Source: Nemertoderma westbladi (taxonomy: Eukaryota > Animalia > Xenacoelomorpha). Taken from it: DNA of 64,000 bases. Below are positions 33,201 through 42,761 of the stretch, one piece after another. Where the stretch lies: assembly GCA_032718475.1 (NCBI GenBank), contig JAUCBJ010007057.1:1-64000 (forward strand). The letters run 5' to 3'. Each line of letters begins with the position of its first letter. Position 1 is the stretch's first letter. Both the position numbers and the translations under genes were made by a program. The notes under the pieces are model-generated. The model was given only the letters and a program-made list of their open reading frames with translations. It was not told the origin of the DNA and searched no databases.

Positions 33201-35328
33201 TTTGCTCGTGTTGGAGTATATAACCAATGAAGTCTGTCAGTTCAGCGTCTTCGTTACCAACAGAGTAGCCATTATACTCAGTCGCACAATGATGGATCAA
33301 TGGAGACATTGCCCCGGAACGATTAATCCAGCAGACATCGCCTCCAGGGGAGCAACTCCACAAGAACTGGTAGATACTCCAGACTGGCTAGGTGGACCCG
33401 ACTTCCTCTACAAAGAAGAAGAAGAATGGCCTCCTCATCTTACTACAGCAGAGATTAGACAGGCCAAGGGAGCGGAGAAAGTCAAACCTAAAACTCGGGC
33501 GAGTAAATCGAAGTTATTCAAACCTATGGTAGATCTGTCTGTACTACATACTTCCGGAGACGACGCTTTGGATCAGAAACCCACAGCCATAGATAAGTCT
33601 ATTGTGGAAATCCGTGAGAAGGATTGGAAATCTGGAATACCAGACGTCTCGCAAGGACTCTCACCTCTTCTGCAGAGAGCGATACATCACTACAGTTCCT
33701 GGAATCGGCTCTGTAAGGCCGTTACATATTTAAAGAGATGTTTTCACCATCACTACTCCGGGATGAAGGCCAAAGGTGATACCGCTCCAATAACATCAGT
33801 GCAGGTCCATGTTATTAAAGATCTTCCCAAATATAAGATATCCGACAGGTTTCTGAAGGAGAAGATCAGTTATCAGGAGCATGAAGAAACCAACAAGCAG
33901 ATGCTGAGACTCCTGCAATGCTATGAGGATTCCGATAAGTATTTCCTGTTGTTGAGAAATCCACAGATGCGCTTAAGGGATCGTTTCTCTAGCACAATGA
34001 TAGATGGGTTGATACGTGTGGGAGGAAGATTAACGAATGCTCCATTATCCTTTGACACTAAATTTCCCATACTCATTAGAAATCTTGAAATACAAGTCAA
34101 GATGATTGTAGACGTTCACAGCAAACTTTATCATGCTGGTAGGGAACGAGTTCTTAGCGAAATTCGAACTCGCTATTATTTTTATAAACCCCGTAGAGCT
34201 CTGAACCAAGTTCTTAGGAACTGCATACCCTGTAGGAAAGCATTCAGTAGGCCTTTAACACAGCGAGAGGCAGAATTACCTAGGGAACGAGTAAGCTTCT
34301 ATGAACCACCCTTTACTAATACCGGTGTGGATTTATTTGGCCCTATTGAAGTATATCGTGCTAGGACTATAGTCAAGAGATGGTGTGTCATCTTTGTTTG
34401 TATGACTTGTAGAGCTATCCATCTCGACATGGTGAACGATTTATCTACCAACAGCTTTCTATTAAGCTTACGACGACAGATCGCTCGCTTTGGCACTAGT
34501 AACACGATGAGATCTGATAAGGGAACAAACTTCATTGGTGCCAACAATGAAATCAAAGCTTACGTCAAAGATTGGAACCAAAGACAGGTGGACGATCAGC
34601 TACGAGTAACAGCGTCTAGCTGGACCTTCAACGCCGCCGACGCCCCTTGGTGGGGAGGAAGTTGGGAGAGATTAATAAGAAGTGTGAAGACAGCATTTCA
34701 CTTTATAGTGCCTTGCCGCGCGTATCTCACCAACGAACTTTTGCGGACGTTAATGGAGGAAATCGCCGCCTATCTCAACGAGAGACCGCTTATGCCAGTC
34801 TCATCGAGTCCCGATTCCCTGGAAGCGCTAACACCCGCGCATTTCCTACTGAAGAAACCTGTAGCCATGCTCCCACAATCGGAAATCACAGACGGAGACG
34901 AATACTGCCGGCAAACTTGGCAACTCATGCAGTTGTTATCCCGTCGTTTCGCTGACCATTTCGAAAAACATTATCTGCCCACGCTACAACTTCGAACTAA
35001 GTGGTTTGCGCAGCAAGAAAACGTCAGCGCTGGAGACATGGTTCTTATTGTGGATGTAGATCTTCCACGTAAGCGGTGGCAGACAGGTCGTATCATCGAG
35101 ACTCACATCTCGGATGATGGTTTGGTGCGATCGGTAGAACTCGTCGTCATGCGACGTAACGTCAAGAAACCGGGAATTGTCTTCGAGACACAGCAGCTCA
35201 ATCGCCCAGTTGGTCGTTTATGTTTACTGGAAAGAGACAGAGAACTCTCCGGAAACTATGGGAGGCAAGATACTCTTCCCACGACCACCTCCCTAATCCA
35301 ACAAACATCTAGGGACTCCCCAACTTAA
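27223..35328 (+). CDS. gag-pol: BEL/Pao Gag-Pol polyprotein, 2701 aa
   Basis: DUF1759-like FNGDEMKWLPF. BEL triple knuckle (CALCDGTHRLNMC, CYNCLRQGHQRRTC, CAKCGAKHHILLH). Protease LLDSGS. RT RVVFDGS, SDIEGMFLQV and YMDD. Pao RNase H HVFGDAS, PRAEL and NPADIASRG. Integrase H..H..CIPC, GVDLFGP, SDKGTNF and WERLI. Confidence 0.97.
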   Translation: MSDTKQNLSDSLLDTTICDPDRSVERVRPKFNSPPTVRKIIPPVVISEPRLVQHRWSVIGTRAQVKRDQEAAEPQQPASQELISQWPDSSSSADTVELTPEHGAKMIDAVYSDPLLILPAAILTRLLIAVEEHQIDWARNKRSTKDSYAGYTREELKSIVESQWNFPGPGLPFDLSEAAWEDIHRMGVTKETSDPAVWKRSAAGYTQGFFSSMERLKEQLFQQPQGPQEQGQLLYQVRERILRIRLILSAFEEASKRRQDTSLQVAVKTWFQRVSLQVQGTAQWKAQLEERSTHGESTDATFSQVESEATAEKPHKRDAIDIYLSDYQRSLGDEEFRRRLDGLSPNSEGTQRVLDAIDVDMRAANQAKFDEQLRIARVQEEQVKKKRIDDRKIAAAAAAEAEAERKAAEAAAEAKAAAAEAKAAEAKAAAAEAKAAAAAEAERKIAVAEAERRAAEEIAQLELENLQERQDNFNKQLTPSNMQMMSRSTPKRQGYTSSEEGNTTDHEGGGNRSRLSRRRRISHRQKLPDLPPAVRKQLNNTNLGSTEPTDQIIEIERLPTIVDEPEIIRPVPEATPSVIETPVLPEPTSKFPLHSTKLSVPHRTTLENVHVLDSEGNINDLSPVVPRRPATTLAAPASVVEWVDEGRWGMDLLLGQMQETVQQFKGTVRESRLELQEVQQRIALEHDKLVNTQKGIPPPPVTMCQPVRSEVFHAQGVEPTRIYTASEVETPIVNPIKGNYRPVDNDIPYRPDHNPRNLYTDNSILNNTMAQESFTRQMARTEARQAVKVGEIVKFNGDEMKWLPFNEYYKDNIQKSVLSNGEKLRFLIECLEGSPKLMALKFIGHPDGLRQVWDTLNIRYGNRNNIAKYLYAKLVAPRKFISSGIIEFSDEIQEICRQLDWLGKSHEYQSSMVIGAVASTLPKGGVGTRWDKKVLYMMEQQRRDPTMADLMSFLDGEVLLQLLKQSREKTPENKVSEKPVSRRKVTPVCYTDDGESQTSQGEDSGKDTERSYYVNKTPKEQVSKFKSRTNDRREQVRKTPPTSPKRIQVRKPEERMSVHNVIQNKVSNIKPKCALCDGTHRLNMCDEFLKKSLTERREVMWDKRLCYNCLRQGHQRRTCYSDTRCAKCGAKHHILLHTEFERNSQSQVSDSELHVQFSDVNDTDQSSEMEGFYTDEFSDEGESCYMINTAVYRALTYEKHTDSDLTLTTSDRQPSWKAPPSNVGIREFPVVQVRVHGPKRSYVVNALLDSGSTGTFIDKELAEDIFAGQPKFRTKLNMSGIMQVWKSTVIADYYVGALSTPQDELGEHSIRSVKRVAIKNFATTQVEPYNWDEDDFTQQLEIPRFNTDYPGVQILIGQNAHEALETLEKRPAQPQPLQAYAGRTRVGWYFTGPSRRTLMERLPKDQVCQVREWEVEGSELDDLTEGTPYSSDNDDVHQLFDEKNTIDLLKENETWQNQVNLCQLLLPSERDDYNDELNDVIERYNAKTRDEHAVRFFTQEAVEPNSYDKALSVEEERAKQIQETTTRFLKDQGRYEIGLPFRKREPKFVNNRPLAEKRIAQLHRRLTANSSAKEMYQTQLKKFISKGYAELVPEETPITERTYYLTHHHVPKPGKPHEVRVVFDGSALYMGQSLNSELLPGPNLLQSLLGILLRLRQYSIAFASDIEGMFLQVKALDRDRDSLRFLWWPEGDLNQKPVEYWMTIQAFGIISSPSNACSVVRTTADDNRDAFSKEVIDNIKRDIYMDDNLKSLPSVEEAIDVAKGTVECLKRGGFRLTKFTISHTNSIPVEDRGAKDLDLIKDDLPETKTLGLKWDTERDILFFQLKQRDNPVRTKWICLSILSTYFDPLGFISPVILIARSLVQQMWLENHSWDDPLKGELLKKWMKWEDSLPAIENFIISRSYFGHVLPTYSYQLHVFGDASDMGIGIVAYLRVETPDRIKVALVTSKALINNKLKVPRAELKAALYATAIGRNVTEQIDYPLEKTVYWTDALLVLEYITNEVCQFSVFVTNRVAIILSRTMMDQWRHCPGTINPADIASRGATPQELVDTPDWLGGPDFLYKEEEEWPPHLTTAEIRQAKGAEKVKPKTRASKSKLFKPMVDLSVLHTSGDDALDQKPTAIDKSIVEIREKDWKSGIPDVSQGLSPLLQRAIHHYSSWNRLCKAVTYLKRCFHHHYSGMKAKGDTAPITSVQVHVIKDLPKYKISDRFLKEKISYQEHEETNKQMLRLLQCYEDSDKYFLLLRNPQMRLRDRFSSTMIDGLIRVGGRLTNAPLSFDTKFPILIRNLEIQVKMIVDVHSKLYHAGRERVLSEIRTRYYFYKPRRALNQVLRNCIPCRKAFSRPLTQREAELPRERVSFYEPPFTNTGVDLFGPIEVYRARTIVKRWCVIFVCMTCRAIHLDMVNDLSTNSFLLSLRRQIARFGTSNTMRSDKGTNFIGANNEIKAYVKDWNQRQVDDQLRVTASSWTFNAADAPWWGGSWERLIRSVKTAFHFIVPCRAYLTNELLRTLMEEIAAYLNERPLMPVSSSPDSLEALTPAHFLLKKPVAMLPQSEITDGDEYCRQTWQLMQLLSRRFADHFEKHYLPTLQLRTKWFAQQENVSAGDMVLIVDVDLPRKRWQTGRIIETHISDDGLVRSVELVVMRRNVKKPGIVFETQQLNRPVGRLCLLERDRELSGNYGRQDTLPTTTSLIQQTSRDSPT

Positions 35329-36762
35329 CAACGGCTGGAGTGGGTGTATGACTATATTTTATATTTGTTTTATTCTTTTATATTTATGTATATATTATTA
35401 TGTAATTTTATTATAATCGTTTTCTTTAATTTTATTTAGTAGAATGTTATTTTAGCGATTATTTAGTAGATTAGTGCAATATATATTCGCGTTTATTACT
35501 TAATTACTTATACATTATATATTTAGTGCAACGGCGAGAAATAATTCTTTTTCTCCTTCCTTACTGTCCGTATTACATTACAAATACGTAACTACAGTAA
35601 GATGAAATGTCCGTACTTATTAAAGTACAATAAAGCTCCTACTATATTTAAGTATTATTGGTAGGCAGAGTATTAGGAATGCAAAATTCAGATCCTCGTG
35701 TCTCGGCTAAACCAAGCTCTGGGTAGACCTTGGAAACGACTTGCCTCTTCTCACTGACATTGCTTCGTGCGATATTGCTCTCATACCGTATATTAAATAA
35801 TACATATAGTAGCGTGATGTCCCTTTAACAGTAGCGTACAACGCAAATAAATCTGTTAAACCCTTTGACCATCTGTAATTCTCGTCGATTAAGATATCGC
35901 GGCACCCACCGATATACTTGAAAGACAAATTCTAGAATCAGTGGTTAACGTCCCCAGACAAGTTCTGGAATAAACTGGTGCCCATCCTAAATATTAATTA
36001 TTAATATTTACAAAATCTGTCAAATTTTAGATCCTTTAAAATTCTAGTCGATTAAGATATCGTAGCACTTACCGATACTCTTAAAAGGACAAAATTCCTA
36101 GAATCTAGGATCCCAGTCCCCAGACACATTCTGGGATAAAATTACGTCTATTTAACATTAAATAATAAAAATTACGGGAATAAATTTAAATTCATATATT
36201 TCAATGAATTTAATAAATTGTCATTTTATACAATTTATAACATTCCCAAAATTCCATTAATTAATAGATCATGGGAGCGGAGATTCACTCTATTAAGTGT
36301 ATTGGTGTGCGAGAATCTCCAATATATAGTCAATAGCCGATAAAATTCATAAAATCATATATAGAGAGGATATTGACAATTAAAGAATTACTATTAAATA
36401 GCATCCCAGATCTGTATGCATGAGAATTACCCTAATTCTACCGCTAGCTTTCCATAATGTCACCATGGCAACAACCACGCTAGAATTAGAAGTGAGTTAA
36501 AAGAACAATAGAAGGCTTGCCCCATTGAATAGCATAGGGAATAAATAGCGCACTGCTAGTATCCAAGGATACATAATAAATAAAGTGACATTCTGGAAGG
36601 TACTGACTAACGGACAAATGGCCCGAATGTGTACAGTTTATGGCAGTTGTGTTGAATTTGTGCGTTCATAGGTGAATGTTACTGCTAAAGTGTGTTTACA
36701 GTAGCTAGTCGCAATTGTGAAAGTAACCCTAACTCTCCAGAAAGAACCTGAAGTACATCTAA

Positions 36763-36919
36763 GCCTTTGGGACGGACAGTGGAGTGACTTGTGCCGGTTA
36801 TCGTTGTCGTTGTGTAGCTACATCGTTGGCGAAAGCACAGCGACGACGGTACATCGGCGCTGAGGATCTTGCGCTGTCCGGGGGCAAAAGAGGGGTAGGC
36901 AGCGACGCCCGCTAGCCTA
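36763..36919 (+). promoter_or_regulatory. Conserved structured RNA element upstream of ORF2, copy B
   Basis: 16-bp stem TATCGTTGTCGTTGTG/CACAGCGACGACGGTA (with G-U pairs) inside CGGACAG/CTGTCCG, followed by hairpin TAGGC-AGCG/CGCT-A-GCCTA. Confidence 0.55.
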
Positions 36920-36960
36920 ATATATAAACTCATTATAATATTGATAAACTCATAGCAGAT

Positions 36961-37403
36961 ATGACTGAGTTGATAGAAGATGATCTTAGTATCAGGGAGC
37001 GATATACTCTACCTTTACAAGCGTTTGTCGATAGCTTGATACGCGGCGACGCTGGTCCAACTACTACGGAGGATGATGGTCGTTATATCGAACCGCCAAT
37101 GTTCCCGGAGCAACTTACGCGTGAATTGGATTATAGAAAGTTCACCGCTCGCTATATGCATCGTAATGGTACGTATATGGACTTCTTAACTACTGGCCAT
37201 CCTATCGATTTACACGATACGGACGATGTAGATACCGAAAGGGAAAGGGTTTTATTTAAATATCATACCCAGCGGAGTCGGCACGATGAACCGAGAATGG
37301 AACACGAGAATTCTATTCGAAATCAACTCGAAAGATAGAATGTGGAAGAAGGCTTGTAAAGACAAATAGAGGAGAACCACTGGAGAAGAGACATGGGTTA
37401 ATG
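36961..37403 (+). pseudogene. Accessory ORF2 of copy B, truncated (premature TAG, then deletion joining to an ORF3 remnant)
   Basis: 125 aa match copy A ORF2. After TGGAAGAA (37343-37350) the sequence matches copy A 2877-2930. Confidence 0.85.
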
Positions 37404-37784
37404 TCCAGGGTCCATAATGTGAATAGTTTTCCCCAGGGCACGGGTGCTCGCGGGCGGTCTCCTTCGGGAGGCTGTAATTTTCTCTTCCTTCATCGTTTTC
37501 CTGTAATTATTGTGATCAGTGTCACAATTAAAAGGCAAGAATGAATGATGACGTGACGGAAAACATGTCCATTGTGGTATCTTATGGATACTACCATATA
37601 TCCTCCCTCCTCTTTACTTCCCTTATCCCTCTATACATCGCTATTGAAAATACAACATACTTCGTCCCACCTTCTCTTCCCAACGCGCTCGGAGCTTTGG
37701 GAGACGATCGACCGATCATTGTCGTATCGTGGTATTGATCATACCGCCTCTTAATAAACCTCCCATCCCTTACTATTAATCTGG

Positions 37785-39569
37785 ATGCTCATATTGGAGA
37801 ACATTCCATACCCTTTCGTTGATACTCAGCTGATTGCTCCCTGGGCAGAAGGCCGAGGTTTCTTCCGCACAATGTATGCCAATACACCCAGCAGCATTAC
37901 TAAAGTACAACGAACCTCCATCGGACATCTTGCCTTTCAAGAATACGGATGGAATTTCAAGGTTGGAAATCCTATAAATTACCAACAAGTATATGGAGAT
38001 CATTATTCTCGTTTATACTTTGATGGACCATTGACTGCACCTGGCGCCGTGTATAGCTTTATGAGTGTTCCACTTCGTCCCTCCTTAGCTATATACACGA
38101 TCTTTGAAAACGCAGCACTTGCCGGTTGGCTAGCCGATGTGTGCAGTCGTACCATACGCGCCCATCCATTAATACTTGGAACCAAACTCGCCAAGTTAGA
38201 TGAACACAATAAATTCATCCGCTTCGAATGTTTCAGGCGCTTTCTGACTCCGTTCCGTAACGTTGATAGTCAGTTCAAGGACCGCGCTCTGACCAAACTC
38301 AGCCTAAGAGACTCAGCTGCGGAGAAGCTAAACAGCGCGGGATTTGCTCTCTTTCAGGACGTTTGTATACAGAACTTACATTCATCTGTTATACAAAGAC
38401 CCCGAATACCCACAGGTTATTCTGTCGTGGAAGTTCAGACAGTGGGTCCGCTTGCGGAGACAGCCGCACCTACCTCAGCTATGCAATTGGAAGACGAACC
38501 AATCTGCTTAGAGTCTGAAGCGATCCAGCCTACAGCGCCCCGGAGCAGCGATAACGATTACGTCTTGGAGTGGTATCAAGGTCCACAATGTCTCACCGCA
38601 TACGATTATCGACACGCCAACTATGTTTCTCGAAAACGTTGTCGATTATGCGCATCGAGAGACCATTTCACCCCTATGGACTCAGACGTACCCTGCTCCT
38701 ATTTCCACGAACAGCCGATGATGGAGATCTATTGTGCGTATTGCAGACTTAATAACTCGCATATTTTTGCAGTCTGCCCCCAATTTATGACCCAATGTCA
38801 CCACTGTCAACTTAAAGGACATGCCAGTTATAATTGCCCCTTTAACCGCGATTTAGAAAGCGTAGATGAGATGATTACCCTGCGCTACATCCGAGCTTGG
38901 GAAGCGAACGCGGATTTACATTGTGAGGCCCGCCATCGCTACTACCCTGGACGCTCTTACGAGGGAGTTTACGCGTTCCATCCTTATTTATTCGCGTCTG
39001 TGGAACAAAAAACACGCACACCGAGTTACGAACTAATGAAGCGTGTTGGTGAGTGTATTTCCACCAAATTTGTTCGAAAATATCTTAGGAACGTCAATCC
39101 TAATGATATTACTTCATACCATTTGATCAATTACATCCGTCAAGACCCTGAGTATGGCGATTTATTTATCAACTCGCACCCTGAGTTACAGGAAGTATCT
39201 CGACGGCCCTACGAATATCGAGCCCGAGAACGCGAGCTGGAAAGAACCATTAAACCAAGGAAGTTTCTCACCACTCACGGTCCGCCTACCGCCATTGTCC
39301 AGACGACCCGTCAAGGACCCGTAGGAGCTGCTGTCCTAAGACGCGCCCTAAAGGCCGTTAGACCTCGCTCCACTGAAGTTGATATCGATCAACCAGGTAC
39401 CTCGACCGGAGGATACACCGATCGTAATCCTAAACCTTCTGATGCAATTGTATTGCACCCTTCACCCAGGAGCTACAGCCCTCCTAGTAAAGTGGCTCGC
39501 CCCAAAGAGAAAAGGACTCTTGCTAGCCTCAAAAAACTGCGTAAACGCCGTCCGCGTAAGAAAGACTAA
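37785..39569 (+). CDS. Retrotransposon accessory ORF4, 594 aa, triple CCHC-type zinc-knuckle protein with basic C-terminus
   Basis: Long open ORF with motifs CRLCASRDH(x9)C, CAYCRLNNSHIFAVC and CHHCQLKGHASYNC, ending KKLRKRRPRKKD. Substitutions versus the copy A remnant are conservative. No signal peptide or TM segment is evident. Confidence 0.85.
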   Translation: MLILENIPYPFVDTQLIAPWAEGRGFFRTMYANTPSSITKVQRTSIGHLAFQEYGWNFKVGNPINYQQVYGDHYSRLYFDGPLTAPGAVYSFMSVPLRPSLAIYTIFENAALAGWLADVCSRTIRAHPLILGTKLAKLDEHNKFIRFECFRRFLTPFRNVDSQFKDRALTKLSLRDSAAEKLNSAGFALFQDVCIQNLHSSVIQRPRIPTGYSVVEVQTVGPLAETAAPTSAMQLEDEPICLESEAIQPTAPRSSDNDYVLEWYQGPQCLTAYDYRHANYVSRKRCRLCASRDHFTPMDSDVPCSYFHEQPMMEIYCAYCRLNNSHIFAVCPQFMTQCHHCQLKGHASYNCPFNRDLESVDEMITLRYIRAWEANADLHCEARHRYYPGRSYEGVYAFHPYLFASVEQKTRTPSYELMKRVGECISTKFVRKYLRNVNPNDITSYHLINYIRQDPEYGDLFINSHPELQEVSRRPYEYRARERELERTIKPRKFLTTHGPPTAIVQTTRQGPVGAAVLRRALKAVRPRSTEVDIDQPGTSTGGYTDRNPKPSDAIVLHPSPRSYSPPSKVARPKEKRTLASLKKLRKRRPRKKD

Positions 39570-39638
39570 CTGTTTAGAGTATTTTTATATTTTAGAAACT
39601 GTGATTTGTTATATTTTATAGACTTAAATCCCATTTTC

Positions 39639-39647
39639 TGGGAGCGG
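39639..39647 (+). other. Polypurine-tract position (TGGGAGCGG) abutting the 3' LTR
   Basis: The same sequence lies immediately before TGTAAA in all three copies. Confidence 0.7.
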
Positions 39648-40832
39648 TGTAAAGGCTTTTGCGTAATTAGCCGGTTATTTTCCCCGTAAAGTACTCTGTA
39701 GTTGGTTTAACAGGCATAAAAGGCCGTGTCCTTACTGTACTGTTGTTTTAGAGGACATAAAAGCCATTTCTTCTGTATGTGTACTTTAACGGACATGATT
39801 AGCAATTTTATGACGCAATGCGCCAAATCCTCTGTAAACAGTGTAGCTACCATGACGACGGCTAACAGCTGATGCTGTACACGTGTAGCTTTTCTTTGTT
39901 CTCTGTGCCTTCTTTGTTCGGTCGACCAATCAGAGCGTTTTTTGCCTCTGTGTTGGAGATTGTATATAGAAACTCGTGGAGTTGAGTCAGTATGTGATTT
40001 TGTCCACAGCCTACAACACCGGCGTGGAACCTCCGTGTTTCAGTCTTTAGCTCCAACATTAGTAGGCTTAATTATAGAACGTATATCCGTTATCATCACT
40101 CATACCTCACTCACTTAACATATCTCATACCAATTCTGCATTCATAACCATTCATACCTTAAACTTTGTACTGCTATTTACTGTCGGTTATTCATTATAT
40201 TTGTTGATGGAATATTATATTTGGAATACTGATAAACAATCAGACACCCCAATCTTCTTGATATACTAAAGGTTAGAGAGACCGGATACATATAACGATT
40301 GCGACTTACATTAAGTGGTTTGAAGTGAATCTAATGCTATTTTATAGGCCCTACACGTATTGTCTGTTGTTCTCCTTATATGTGACTAAAATTAGTGAAG
40401 GTCGGCAGATTAGTGTGCAGCATTGTGCAGTATTGTGTATGATCGTGATTGATAACGAAGCATCTCCTAAAGAATGCGCCATATACGTGAATCTATAGCC
40501 ATCCCGTTGTGTCTAGTTTAAGTCATAACTCTGTTTATATATTTAGAGCGCCACGTCCTAAAGGAACTGTTAATATTTCCCGAAAGTGAATAATATTTGT
40601 CAGAAATTATATATATTACGATCAGTCGAATAATACAGTATGCCTACCCCGCAATACGGTTAGGCTCCCGAATCCAGTCTCCCGGGTATATCCAGCGGGT
40701 GAATGATCGCGCATAGACTGGTTTCGGCTAATGTAGTGTATCAAATACTTGTCATAGGCTAAAGACTATCTATCATCTAAAAGACATCCAAATTTGGCAG
40801 GTTAAACTGCTAAAGGTCTGAAAGCGCGAACA
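39648..40832 (+). repeat. 3' LTR of copy B (1185 bp)
   Basis: Direct repeat of 23866-25043. Confidence 0.96.
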
Positions 40833-41689
40833 CATCCATACACTATGTTACCGCTGGTTAATGCCTACCACTTCATCCGTTCGTTTATTTCTACCATCCA
40901 TACACTATGTTATCGCTGGTTAATGCCTACCACTTCATCCGTTCGTTTATTTCTACCATCCATACATTATGTTACCGCTGGTGAATGCCTACCACTTCAT
41001 CTGTTCGTTTATTTCTATCACCCATACACTATGTTACCGCTGGTTAATGCCTACCACTTCATCCGTTCGTTTATTTCTACCATCCATACACTATGTTACC
41101 GCTGGTTAATGCCTACCACTTTATCCGTTCCTTTATTTCTACCATCCATACACTATGTTACCGCTGGTTAATGCCTACCACTTCATCCGTTCGTTTATTT
41201 CTATCATCCATACACTATGTTACCGCTGGTTAATGCCTACCACTTCATCCGTTCGTTTATTTCTACCATCCATACACTATGTTACCGCTGGTTAATGCCT
41301 ACCACTTCATCCGTTCGTTTATTTCTACCACCCATACACTATGTTACCGCTGATTAATGCCTACCACTTCATCCGTTCGTTTATTTCTACCATCCATACA
41401 CTATGTTACCGCTGGTTAATGCCTACCACTTCATCCGTTCGTTTATTTCTATTATCCATACACTATGTTACCGCTGGTTAATGCCTACCACTTCATCCGT
41501 TCGTTTATTTCCACCATCCATACACTATGTTACCGCTGGTTAATGCCTACCACTTCATCCGTTCGTTTATTTCTACCATCCATACACTATGTTACCGCTG
41601 GTTAATGCCTACCACTTCATCCGTTCGTTTATTTCTATTATCCATACACTATGTTACCGCTGGTTAATGCCTACCACTTCATCCGTTCG
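40833..41689 (+). repeat. 62-bp satellite array, right part (~14 units)
   Basis: Same unit, resuming in register after the TSD. Confidence 0.97.
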
Positions 41690-42001
41690 ATTAAATATTT
41701 ACGTATACAAATACAGTACATTATCGTTATTTTGTACCTTTAACATGTATAAATTCACAGCTATTATATTTACTTATTAAATTTGTTAAATTATTGAAAT
41801 AGATACTTTTATCGCAGAAATAAATATATTAAATGCCAAAGAAAAAACTGGTGTACCACTAAAGAATAAAATAATATAAACGTTAATGTGAAAGCTGCCT
41901 AAAATATATTCTGGCTTCCTTTAGCGCATCCTTTACCTTCATTTGGAGACCAATCAATATAAACTGTAACGTAACTAACCTAACCCATCAAGCTCAGGCA
42001 A

Positions 42002-42590
42002 TACACCATGTCCTGGAATATAGTATCGTTATTCAGGTACATGCTCCCTCCCCACCCCCCCCCCCCCCCCCCCCCCCCCCCCAAAAAAAGAAAATTCAAT
42101 TCTACAAATCTTGATGATATTGCATCAAATTTGAAACATAGATAGTTTCTCCTCCTTCCTTCTCCGTGGGTGAGAATTTTTATTCAGATTATTTATTTTC
42201 GCTTTCGTTCTTTCGCTACAAGTACATATATTTTGAAAAAATATCTTCATCGATATTACCTCAGTCGCACTGCAGTTACTTCTCAGTCTTATAAATACTC
42301 GTTCGTACTCGTTGGAAACCTTGCGTTGCAACGATTCCAAATATGTAAAAATATTTCAATTTGGTTGGGAAATAGCCAAGATATGGGCCTTCGAAAGTTG
42401 CATGTATTTGCTTCCACTGCAGGCCAATTATTCTATTTAATAAATACACCATGTTCTGGAACATTTTGTTTATGTATGAATATCCACGTACTAGTATTAT
42501 TATTAGAGGCATTGCACTGTTGCCCAGCTACTTATGAGATAAACAAACTGTTCTAGAACATGGTGTATTTATTAAATAGAATAAATGGCC
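42002..42590. mobile_element. MITE-like dispersed repeat related to 6072-6760
   Basis: Shares TACACCATGTCC..poly-C..AAATTTGAAACA and the TTCTATTTAATAAAT..TTCTGGAACATTTTGTTT hairpin. Confidence 0.55.
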
Positions 42591-42761
42591 TGGCTTTACT
42601 GATAGTTACGGAAAATCTAGCAAAAGTTTTGCGATAGTGATTTGCAGGAGCGCAATTTTGATGTTGAGCATTATTGCATTATTGAACATTATAAGCAATT
42701 ATTCTCACTGCAGTAGGCCGATTGTGGATATAAGTTTGTAAGTATGCCTACCAACCTAAAA

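Larger units (their letters stand above)
23866..40832 (+). mobile_element. BEL/Pao LTR retrotransposon copy B with both LTRs (~17 kb; internal deletion in accessory cassette)
   Basis: Two near-identical LTRs (TGT...ACA). TSD TATCC (23861-23865) / CATCC (40833-40837) within the satellite unit. Single Gag-Pol ORF in BEL domain order. Confidence 0.96.

Noticed and set aside
37785-39569. env gene in the usual third-ORF position
   Set aside because: No signal peptide or transmembrane anchor is evident. It has zinc knuckles and a basic tail instead.
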